In this document: piece after piece, positions 11,426 to 23,500 of the stretch
How positions within the stretch are numbered: position 1 is the stretch's first letter
How the letters are laid out: every line of letters starts with the position of its first letter
Origin: Balanoglossus misakiensis
Taxonomy: Eukaryota > Animalia > Hemichordata
Length of the DNA stretch: 64,000 bases
Direction of reading: 5' to 3'
NCBI GenBank assembly: GCA_040954595.2
Contig: CM082578.2
Coordinates: forward strand, 16,476,998-16,540,997
The notes under the pieces: model-generated
What the model was told of the DNA's origin: nothing
What the model saw: the letters and a program-made list of their open reading frames with translations, nothing else
Database searches by the model: none
Program-made: the position numbers and the translations under genes

Positions 11426-13759
11426 GAGAAACCAAGGGCCGCCTTTAAACTTCCGTAGGCTGCGGTGATTACATGTACTGATTGTGTGAAGCATATCACA
11501 GTGTGGTATTTCATCTGTATTAGTTGAAATGAAGAAAATACACAAAATAATACTATTTTGCCAAGTTTTTGAGACTGCCCAATGAATTTATCAAACCAGC
11601 TCCTGTAGTCAAGTGCAATTTGTATTTTGGAAAACAGCATTTCATAATTATTTTAATACTACCATATTTCAGTTTTAATTGCTCTAATCGGAAGTGACCA
11701 CAGTGTGTATTTACTGTGGAAGCTTAGGTGAAGTAGTACAAGTACCTTTTGTTTTAAAATATGCCATTTTAATGTATTGGAATGTTATTTTTATTAATGA
11801 ATTCTCTTGCCCATCTTTGTATGAATACTTGTGCTTTTAAAAATCCACCATGAGTAGGTTGAATTTAGTGTTATGTGCAACCAACCGTCGTGCCAACAGA
11901 AGCCAAAATCTCACCATTAAAATGTGGTACTCAGTGTTTTATATCAGAGAATGTGATCCTCAAGGTTTATATATCAAAAGAGAAACTATTGCTATAACTG
12001 AAGCACAGAACACAACTACCACAAAGTGACCAGTGCATGAACCATGTCCCTCTTTCTCAACTCTTGTCAGTCTGCTTTTTTTCATGCTGATGCACAGATT
12101 GAAGAGGCTGGAAGCTACCCAGCTGCAAAGTGGACAATTTACTGCCATGTCTTGTGAGAAAAGGGGCAAGTTACTATTGCTATGTAAATTTGTACACTGC
12201 CTGCCAAGCCTTTGCCCTTAACCACAGGTATGTGACGTAGAAATGCCAAGCATACCATACAAAACAAGTACTGTGCCCCTGACTCTGTGAGTACGCTACT
12301 CCACCCAGGACAATGTGCCTTTGAAAAACAACTTTCCTGTTATTTTTACAGGATTGATTAAGGTGTGAGAGAGGTACTTGTACCAAGAGAGTTTTTTTCA
12401 CGAATTTGTTTGTTAAAAGTTTGCTTCAGTAATTGTATTTAAAACTTGGGGGATTGTCACTTTTTTTCAAGGACTCCATCAAAAGGTTAAATGTACCAAT
12501 AACACCAACACTTCCAACAAGGGAGTGGTCAATGTGAAAGTTACCAGGGATTACATCAGTATAATTTTTGTGTCTGTATGAGAGATGTAATCTTTTATAA
12601 TCCATTAATATTATTTAAATAACTAAGCCAGGTCTCTTAGAAAGTAGGCTACCAGTTTTAGGGGAGATGTTTCATAATTGTAAGAATCAGTTCATTACAT
12701 CAACAGCATAATTTGAAAAGTTAGACATATTATAGAAATCGAGAAATTGCAAAAGAAAATATCACAGCTGAAAACCAATCTGAAAGAGTTTGAAAGTTTG
12801 TAAATTTTGATGAAAAGGAAATTGCACCTGAAGGCAATCAGAGAATGACACCTGTTGAATAGAGATGCTGACAAACCTAACTGTGGGTGGCTGTCTCCGT
12901 CAGCCCCTATGTTGCAGAGGTCAAAGTATCAAATCTTTGTCAGGAGACTTTTTTCTGTAGATTTCACATGCCAACACGCACCGGATACTTGTGTTTTATC
13001 TTTGATTTCTTTCAATTTGCTGGTTAATATTTATCACAACATTAGCTAAAATTTATTTCACCCGCACCAGCTGGACTGGGTGATTGAAACATTGTAAATG
13101 TGTCATTAATCAGTCTTGGTGGCACTGTGTCTGTAATTTGTCTATCTCTGAAGCTCTGTATCAGTCAGCATACTGATCAGACAACTGTACAGGTCAAATT
13201 CTGGTCACAGTGATTCTGAAGACTGCTTTTAACAGGAATTTCTAAGTATCTGAGAGTTGCCAATCATATTGTATTTCTCTGTATTCATTTTTTAACATGC
13301 AAAATGATAAGAAAATCTAACTTGTAGTGGTGGTTGTCCACATATATTTGGATGTCACGTGTTTGTCTACATACAGTATACCTGGATGCTGTCATTGTCA
13401 AGTATAGAAATTTTGGGGTGAATTGGCTGTAATTGTAAAGGAAATTTGTACATTTTATATTTTGATACATGTGTAAACCCAAGATGTATATTCCCACCAA
13501 AGTGCTATTATTGTGGTAGTGGTTTTATTATTTATCAACTTGATATATTTAATATATTTCTAATATATGTATACTATTACATTTGTTACTAACCTCTGTA
13601 TCTGTGTGTATTAACACTTTTACAATATTTTTTAATTTCATGACTGTCAAATAGAACTACTTAAATGGCTGATTAGTAAACTCTAAGCATGTTAAACATC
13701 AGTTTTTGTTTTCAAAATTGTGACTTGTATATACTCTGTAATTTAGGGTGAAGGTCATC

Positions 13760-16605
13760 TTAAATGCTGGGAGATATGAAGCCATACTTTTCCTGAAAAT
13801 GACATATCATTATCGAAATACCTTCATGTAAGTGTTCAGCTGTATGGTCAAAGAGTGGGAGAGAAAGGCTTGCAGGAAATGTTTCCATGAGCGTGTGACA
13901 CAGCTTGTAATTCTTAGACTCATAGCAAATGCAGTGTTTACAGACTCCACTCCCTTCAAAACTGTTTGGAATCGAAATAAAGATATTTTGCCAAAACGAT
14001 TGACTGTCGAAAGTTACTTGAACATTCTGCACTATATATAAGGAACCCATTATTGTAACAAATGAACAGGGCGTTACTTGTAAGTGTAGGGGCGAGTGCT
14101 TACATCCCTGACCACACAACATCTTGGATCAGTACCATCTGTCATGCGTTGGGCTTTGTCTGTCTGCCAAGAACATAGCTCTGACATGACTGGTTGGATG
14201 AAATTCCATCATGACTTCTTCAGGTGTTTTATCAATCAATTCTTCAGCGGGGACTATGTCATTGACAATGACTTATTTAGCAGCTGATGATGAGGACCAA
14301 AAGCGAAAGTGCCAAGAGAATTTATCGAATGGTTGCAAAACTTTTTCCTGCTTGCACTTATTTCCCACCAAGTGTACTTTAAACTCGTAAAAATGTCCAG
14401 TCCCCCAAGGCCCATATTTTGTTGGGAGGGAGTCAAGGGCACTCTTGTCATGAAATTCTAGATTCTACATAGTCACATCACTGACATACCACCACCTATG
14501 GTCGTAAAATGTACATATGCATATTTATGATAGAGTCTCCTTGTGTTTTTGAAGAAAACTAATACCATTCAACTCAAGCAATGTCAGTAATCAGCTGCAG
14601 CTCAAGTCATTTAGCTCATCAGCTAAAATTTCATAAAGAGCATAGAATTCATTACCTACATTATGCACGTGTGTATGTATGTATGTATGTATGTATGTAT
14701 GTATGTGTCAGTAGGTATGTTTGGAAGGATTGGCCATACTGGAGATTAATGGAGAAAATACCAATTCAAATATATGTTCCTATGAAAACATGATGCTATT
14801 ATAATATCAATGAAAGTGTAATTGGCATCAAATAATAGTTGGGGTGGAGTCTGTTGCTCAACAGAGACCCATTTTCACTTGTATTGGCCTAGAAGTGAGA
14901 ATAGCACAGGGGGGTCCAGGTACAGAATTGGGTCACCTTTTGGCTGTTTGTATGCCCATGTGGTCAGAAATAGGTCAAAACCATCTGCAGCTTCAGTTTA
15001 GAGGTGAGTATACTATGATTTCTGCCATTGCCACAGACCTACCCCGAATCTGTCACATAGCAACCCCACCTCAGGAACTGAGGGGTAGAAACCATATGAC
15101 AGATTGGATGCTAAAGTCACATACCATGTCAATGTAGTAGCACGTCGGTGTCTATCAATCCGACTCCCAGGTCAAGGGTTATCAGGGAGGGGTCAAGGGT
15201 AACTCAAACTTTCTTTGAGCACAAAAAATGACCAACATTCTTTCTTGAAGTGGGATCACACCCCTCCATAGTTAGAGCTGATAATATACTACAGCCAAAG
15301 GACTGAGTCACACTCGACCTCCATTGAATTTCTGCTGGCCTCTGGCCTTGTTTCATACCTTTTGCAAATAGAGGAAGGAAGTCGCAGGTCAATGTGTGGT
15401 TTGGTACGATAAAGAGATAGGGGGAGATATGACAGTGGGAGGTAAGGTTGATCATAGATTCCTTTTTGTTTCTCAAGTTATAAGGCCTGGAAAATGAAGG
15501 ATTTGCCTACTAACAGAAAAAAAAAACGGGGCAGGGCGAAAAAGGAAAAGCCTGTACTTCATATTTAAGGGACAATTTTTGTCAGATTTAACTTTTGTTT
15601 TCTGACTCTAATATTATGTCTCTGTGAAAGATAACACGGACCATCTTATAACCTTCTTTTAAAATGTTGACATGCCCTCATAATATTAAAACGATTAGAT
15701 ATTTGGCAATGACATAACTGTTTATTTGCCTAGTCTATTTCACAAAACGTTTAAGTCTGTAAACTGAGAACTGCTAAGAAAATTTATGAAACGTGATACT
15801 ACCCTTAGGGAATAGAAGATGTCTTTTTATAGAACTATTTTTTAAAAAATAAGGGATATTTGGTTCATATGTTGTTCAAGTGACATGTTATGTCACTTGC
15901 CGAAATGAGGTTTGTTTTACTCGCGTGTTTTAACGGAAAAGATATCCATTCTGTGCTTTCAAGTATAGTAACCACAGCAACGTAAGTTTCAGATACGTAG
16001 CTTTCCGATATAAATGTATGGTTTGCGGGGGGAGCTATAGGATGTCCATGATAAGAAAGAAAAGTGCTGCGGGTACTCCGCTTCTCCAACTGCGTGCGAT
16101 GTCTTGCATATGACATCATTGTGTCGCGGCAAAAAAAGATACCGCGTTGGGAAATATCACTGATAATCACAAATTTTCACGCAATCTGCATGGTAAAGAC
16201 TTCCAGGCAAAAATTTTAGGTTGGTAAAAAAAAGGACCATTCCATGGCGCGCTGTTCTACCTTTAACTTTCTTGCCCTAGTTTACTGCAGGATCGGGGTT
16301 TCGTGATAATTATTTTTTTCAAAATGAACACGAGCTTTGAACGACTTTCACCTGTGTGTGAACCTTTTAAGCACGGTGTTATCTGATTATGTTACACCAT
16401 GTTTACGTGTATCTGAACCCTTTCAAGATATCACATATGCCGAATCGGTATGGCTTCTGTTTATTTCTGGTATTTTATGAAACAAACCGAGAGGAGAAAC
16501 GGCAAAGGGATAAATGGCAAACCAGCAGGTTCTACAGCTTAACGTCCCGCGGCAAGTTAGTAGATGCAAGTCTCCTTGCTGTCGGCATCGCGCGCATCCT
16601 TGCAT
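13760..16605 (-). pseudogene. Probable unprocessed pseudogene of an unidentified protein family
   Basis: One frame of 245 codons (14494-13760) starts at an AG acceptor and has only 3 internal stops. Upstream exon-like segments 15486-15359, 16185-~15920 and 16605-16407 also contain stops; two of the three junctions are phase-compatible. No homolog recognised. Confidence 0.5.
14672..14706. repeat. (TATG)n microsatellite
   Basis: About 8 consecutive GTAT units. Confidence 0.9.
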
Positions 16606-19600
16606 TTAGTTTTGATCAAATAGTTTTATTAAACTTAATAGCTTTCACTACCGGAAAATGTGCGCTTGCTTGCGCTTTCGCGGCTGAAAATGGACGATGA
16701 TGGAAAGTCGCTTTAAAGCGGCTGGTGAACAAACGTTTCATTAATGAAACAAGATGCTATAGACTTTGGGGATTGAAACATTTCGCTAGAAAATCTATCA
16801 CATCTTTTTTGCTGTTATTCAGTTTTACTTACAAATACGAAAATGACCGAGTCACACACATTGAACCCAGCCATAAGGTAGGCGAACTTTGTCAATATAC
16901 CGGTATCAATTAAATTTCCTATACAGAGCCATACTTTGAAAGTTGGCGCACCTCGTAATGATTCACGTTGTAATAGTGGGCGCATGCGCCAAACCTTCCA
17001 GATGAGGGGGTGTCCATTTAATATGATACAGGGGGGTGGATGATTTGCTTTTCCAGCAGTTCTGGTGCGTCTCCTATTGCACAGACACCAAAAGGCAAAG
17101 ACTTCATGTAGAAGTATATGAACTAGCTTGTAAAGATTTCACTGTAAAACAAATTCATATCTTTCCACCACATAGAAACAATTTCGAGAACCAGGGATTT
17201 AAAATTGGCCCTTTAAACATATTAGCCGCCTTCCTTACGTTCTGCGCAGCCGTTCGGATTGAAGGTGATGCAAGTTTGTCATTGACGACGTTCATGGGAA
17301 TCCCTCCAAACTACATGTACATTGTCAGAAAGAATCTATACTATACTCTGATCATGTCGCTCTACTGTCCATGCTTTTATTTGGTGTGGTTCAAGTTACT
17401 TTACTCAACCGGAAAATCGGATACGCTGTCAGCGGAAAACATCCCAATGTTTGATAATACGAAAAATATCAACTTCCAGAAAAGTTTAAAGTTAATATCC
17501 CATTCGAAACAAGACTTATTTTCTCTCTCACACAAAACCAGTTATATTTCGTTTTGCGTAATATACGTACTAGACTATAGTCAACCCATGGTCAGTGGTT
17601 CACTACAGTAGCATGGGTCTTGCTTTGTAATGTGAGCATGACCTTTGGTATTACTTTCGGCCCACCTCCAGCAAAAAACGTGGAAACTCCCTAAGAAACA
17701 ATACCATTTCCATTTCTGTTGAGAATCTAAGGCAAGCAGCTGCATGGTAGCTTGTGGTGGACACTTCGGAAGTTGATTTGACGCAGTTTATATTGCCCAT
17801 CATTATCAAGACTACACGCCTACAGGAATCTTGCGGTTAGCGATCGGAAGTTCAGATTACGGAAACTCATTCATACACGCACGGCATGCATGAAAGGGTG
17901 GCCTGCGCTTTAAATCGGCAGCATGTAGGAGGTCTCTAGTGTTCTCAGTGTGACTCAAATCCAAATGCATCCGAATGTTGACCTCAAAAAAGCGTAAAAA
18001 CCTCGGTTTTTTCGCGCTTCTTCACGACTTTATACTGCAGACTGTTCTCAGTAAACATTCTGTATTTGACACACGGGCATCACGCACTAGATAGATTACA
18101 GTCTGTATAGATTAACGGTGTGGGCGTTATCAGCACATACAGCATTACGCAACAAACTGAAAAGTCCAGTAAATGGTGGAGGAAACCATAGATACTCGAG
18201 TACATTTAGGAAAAGAAGTTGTTCTTCCTTCTCTGTGCACTGCACAACATGCAACAATTTGCCATAACACGTACCGCATACAATACAGCCGGTCAACTCT
18301 GTGCTGGACCAGTGTAGTATAAACTCTGGCGCATGGGGGCAATGAGTTTCTACAAGACTGAATCATCTAGAGTGTTTGAGTGTACCATGCTGTCAGATCT
18401 AGCATGGCTGCAGCAAGGTAGCAGTATCCTGAAGTTGGGAGTTGGACGGTTTGGTTTTGCCGTCCTACCCTCAACACCAGCAAAGCCTTGAGCTACAGGC
18501 CAGGCCTGTTGCAGCTAACTCGCGTCTGTGACTGTATGTGATTTTGCAAGAAAGGCTACTTGGGTCAGCGTTCTGTAAAGTGGGTCAGCTCGGATCACAT
18601 TTCCCGAGTTCAAGTCTTTCTCCATTCGGACCACTCTTTACTTGGTCGAACAGGGAAGCTGACCAAAGGATATTGTTACCGGGGTAAACGAACATATCAG
18701 TGTTCCTTGCTGATTTTTGATTGAGGCTTCTGTAAAATTGTTATGATAAAGTTGAATAGATTTGATTTGGACCGAGGAGAGTCATGTAGAGATATTACCA
18801 GTAAACAGACCACAGCAATATAGAACAGGCTGGTGCAATTGTGTTAACTGCTCTAAATGATTGTCGGAACTCCCGTGCGACTCCTTGACCGCAGAAATCA
18901 ACTTAACGGTATCTCATTTCCGATTGGTTATGCAATAGTTGATTCTCAAACACAAGGTAATCAGTCTTGAGTTTCAGTGCTCAACAAGTGCCTTGATAGA
19001 AATTTACAGTGAAAAATCGTGGGGCAAACACAACATGCAAACTTGAACAAGACCGAGAGCGTTCTTTGCTTCGCTTCGAGTCGTTGTTGTGACACAGTGT
19101 CAGTCACGTCTTTTTAATCAAACCCCGTTAAGTTTACGGTGCAGTCTGATGGATTAGACTCGCCATATGTAAACAAAAGAGCGGAATGTAAAGAATGCAA
19201 CGGGATCACAAATTGCTTCTATCCCCTATCCGAAGTGGTACAGAGAGGGACTATCATCGAACGGTTTGAGTGGGTGTTAATTTGTTCAGAAATGCACGTC
19301 GTCATCGGTAGAGAATACGGGGTCCCTGGTTTCACTGCGTAGGAGTTTGTCTGCTGAGTCTTGTGACTCTCACATGATCATGACTCAAACATGTTTTTCT
19401 CGAAATTCGATTGTATTCAGAATTTGGAATTTCACACGCGAAACTACTTCATTTCTGATATTGCCATACTTGACAGAATACCCAACCGGAACCGCACACT
19501 GCGTTTGTGGGGCTTCGACAGTGTCACACACCCTGGAGTTCTGCTGCAAAGCCCCAAAACTTGTAAAAACTATTTTCATTGGGCAATCATTTGCTCCGGT

Positions 19601-20084
19601 GTCGTGTAATCCAATCTCAGATCACGTAACAAACTGCCTGGTGACATATTTTTCTGACGCCAGTCTGTCTAGTGTAGGCGTTACATGGGCGTGGTCATTG
19701 ATGGGCGGTCTTAATCTTTATCAATGAAGAAAGTAGTCACAGTGACAAATTGATGAGCTATCATTACCAACGATCTAATTTGCGTGAAAATAAATAGAGT
19801 CGGACGTAATTTATATGTATTGAAATAACTTCCGACTTCGGAATTAATCCGGTAGGCCTTAGTCAACCGGCAAAACTGTGCAACATCGGACTGCATTTCA
19901 TTGAGGAGAATATCAAAAATCGTTCTAAGTGACACCATTAAATGGACAGCGCTCTGAAGTTCAAATGCTGGTGTATAAAATCGATGTTGGCGTTTGCTAT
20001 CCAGCGGTAAATCTCAAAGGTTTCGTTGGCAGGAGGTGGAAAACGCTATCAATGCGTTAAGCGTCAATGTCACTTTGCTGAAAT

Positions 20085-20305
20085 ATGAGCCAATCACAGC
20101 CTGGAAAATGAAAAGTGGGCCGTCAAATTGATCACGTGATGTCAATATCGGCTTTGTACGTATCTTGTATTGTTTTTATTTTGACAGACCGATTCAATGT
20201 GTCGTACTGGTACTCCCCACGAGAAGTATAAGGTTCTTCCACCCACGGTGTAATTGTTGGAATTTTTAGCTCCGCTTACGCACAAAATTCAACGACGGCC
20301 ACGTG
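20085..20305 (+). promoter_or_regulatory. Putative HMGA proximal promoter (CCAAT box, E-boxes)
   Basis: AGCCAATCAC at ~20088, TCACGTGA at ~20132 and CACGTG at ~20300, in a CpG-richer stretch upstream of the ATG at 20522. Motif matches only. Confidence 0.4.
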
Positions 20306-20521
20306 AAAAAATTATTTCAGGTTGCTCCTATCCCTTACACTGGCGTTCCCGCACTGCGGTCTTTTCTTTCTTGCAAAAAAAGTCACCGAGCGACACTTCG
20401 CAAAATTTCCAGCTCGACTAGACGTGTACCCTGAATACCCGTTGTGTTGTCTGGCGTTTCTGCGGCGTTTCCTCGATTTACACAATCCAGCCTTGCTGAG
20501 CGATCTTTCTCAGCAGTTGCC

Positions 20522-23500
20522 ATGAGTGACGGGAAACCGACGGCGGAAGCCGACCGGCAAGATATTCCCCCTCCGAAAAAGGGTCGTGGACGGCCGAGAA
20601 AGTATCCGCCGACCAAAGTGCGTACATATACGGCCTCCTCAATGTCCCTGCATAACTATACAGTAACCGAGTCCTAGCTGTATATTGACCGTTTGCTGCG
20701 TGTCTGTTGAGATTCCAACCAGCTGATCGGATATTGCATAACAGCTCTTGCTAACTGAACTTCTCTAACGTTTTACAGCCATCAGATGAACCTGTCGTCA
20801 AACGACCCAGAGGCAGACCGCCAGGAAGCAAGAATAAGAAGAAGAAAGAGGTAACTACGATAATCCTGTCGCTATCGTTGATGAAATGAATGAGAATCGT
20901 TGCAGACGCCATAATTTGGGCGGGCTTTTGCATAGGGCTCTCAATACCCCGACATATAGCTCTGGACTTATGCGCTGTTTGGGTCTACGCTGCTCTCCGT
21001 CCCCCACAGCGTAGACCCAAACAGCGCATAAGTCCAGAGCTACCCGACATACAGCGAGAACCATTGACTATTTCTTGCTTTGAAACAACGGCATTGTGCG
21101 TTCGCCCTATAAACCATATTCCGTGCATGGTATACATTTAAAGGGACGATAGGCAGTTAAGCGAGTAATGGGGCAAAAAATGCGACATTCCGATAACATT
21201 ATATGATCAAGCGGGAGCTGGCATCCGTTCCATAGTTTGACCACACGGCATCTCAGTTGCTAGTACAGTCCTCTGACTGAGCTCTCAAAGTGCGAATTTC
21301 ACATTTAAGCGTGTGAGTACTTTGCGCAATGTCAAGATTTGTCCGCAGAAACTACAAACAGTGCTTGAGTTACTTAATTATTAATATGTGAAACTTCTCT
21401 CTATAATTTGAACCACGAGATAAAAAGTCGCAAACTAGGCTATTAGCTAGTCACTTAATTAGCTACCGGCTCAATTTCGTAGCACTTTTGCTAGTAGAAA
21501 ATAATCACCACAGTAAAAACCTACCCAACTGCGAGTTTTAAATATTCCGAAACTTTTTTCTTCAAATTTGGAGCAAACCATACTTCTAAGTTCTTTTGGT
21601 TCAAGAAGCATGTTTATTGTATGTTCAAGGTGGGGATAACAAAATCCCTGTTGAAGTCAAGTCCAGCCGAAATATAAAAAAAGGGATTGGAATCATGATA
21701 CATGTTATATATTCGTTAGTGTTTCCGAAATTACGACTCTCCGATGCGAATATTCATTCACGACCGTCTTGCATGCGCTATTCTGACACTATATTTCTAT
21801 GTCGGAACCGGGTGACGGATTTTTGGCCAAGTCACAGTTCGAGAGAAAGAGACTCACATAAATCACCCCTTTGTTAAATCAATCCAGAAGAATGTGACTT
21901 ATATATTTCCAAAAAAGAATCTCATGTAAATGATCCCGACACCGGTCTCGGGTAATGTCCGCAGTGTATGTCACTCACACCTAAAGTGTCATTCAGCTGG
22001 AGGACTTCGTTATCAAGTCGGATGTTTGCCAACTTCAATGATATAGCCATCTGTCAATGGAGACTGTTCAATATTGTTATAGCCCATCGTGGATGTGCGT
22101 CCACTGTTCTCCCAGGCCATGATCCCGATCTTAACGGCTGTACTTCAAGTAAAAAAAGTATTGATATAATTTTAACAATTCCAGAAAGAGAAACAAAGTG
22201 GTCCTAAGCGTCCCAGGGGTCGTCCACGGAAATGGGTAAGTAGTAAAATCACATTTATCGGACTTGGATTAGTTATGTGAACAATTACTGCGAATAAAAA
22301 CTTCACACTCCGAGGCTTTCTGAAGGTTTGAAACATTACTAGGATTTCCCCAGTCATTCACTATGCTTTTCCGTTTGCAGCCTATTGACATGCAAGTGTG
22401 TAGTGTATGGACATTAAATAGTATTCCTGCAGTTTAAACCAGACCGACCATTATTATGCTCCATGTTCTTAATCATGAACGAAGTCATGCGTGAAAACAA
22501 AATCAACACATTTTATCATGTTCGTGGATTTTTGCAAGGCCCACACATGCATTGTCTAGTCAATTGACTAAATACATCGGTATACATGTTCCAGGGCCAT
22601 ATACAACGACATGTATACACTGTATGCATATTATCCAGAAGGTGCATATGTATGTCTTCTGTTGCCCATAACAACTGCATCATACTTAACTGTTGCCATA
22701 TATGGGCAATGCTCATTAATATTAATGAGGTCAAAGGGTCACATGCAGCCAATAGTGAGTTGTCTTGGGAAAACTTAATTTTTTCTTCTAAATATCAGTG
22801 TACAGTCAAAGCTGTTCCAAAAATTGTAATGACATTGTCCTTGGACAGTGAAAATCAAGTCTCAATATTGGGATTCTTCTTTAAATATTTAATTGTGTGG
22901 CAAAAAAAACTGTCAAAAGGATACATGATAAACTGCTGCATTTCAGGTGTTTATCTGTGCACTGCATACTAGTAGTACATGTACATGTACATACAAACCA
23001 GATGAGTTTGGCTATTGTTTTGCAGTGTTGTTTCCAAGTGCAAATGCCACCACATTGACACATTTTTTCTAAGCTGATGTCTGAGAATTAAATGGTTGTG
23101 AACAATCATGGATGTATGGAAGAAGCCTGACTTAGTTGACTTTGTGTTCAATGAGTGGAAACATAAAGAAATGTGTATATTCTGGTTTCTTTGGAGCAAT
23201 TTCCTTCAGCCCCCTTTATGATATCCAGCCTCCTGTGATGTCCACATGATTTGACAAGCAGTGAGTTAGCAGTCCTGTGAATTGCAGATGACAGGGCTAT
23301 TGTTGAGAGAGAACAGTGTAAACTGTCACTTTCCATTTCCTGAGAAGTATGCTGACTTTTAAAGAGTTCATGCAAATTGTGGAATCCCAGTCATGTACTT
23401 ACTGGTATGTGCATATTATTAACTGTCTAATTAGGTTAATCCCACCTTTAAACAAAGCCAAATGGCTTTCCCTTTTGTCTGTACCATTGTCACATTCTAA

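Noticed and set aside
17036-19727. Several 60-190 aa ORFs upstream of HMGA
   Set aside because: No recognisable domains or consistent splice structure. They may be old repeat or pseudogene debris, but I cannot support a call.
20855-21141. Mirror-image ORFs on both strands sharing ALDLCAVWVYA / QRRPKQRISPEL
   Set aside because: Artefact of the MITE inverted repeats.
21137-21160. TTAAAGGGAC, resembling the end of a TTAA-type DNA transposon (similar motifs at ~15564, ~25767, ~33285)
   Set aside because: No matching inverted partner end was found by eye.
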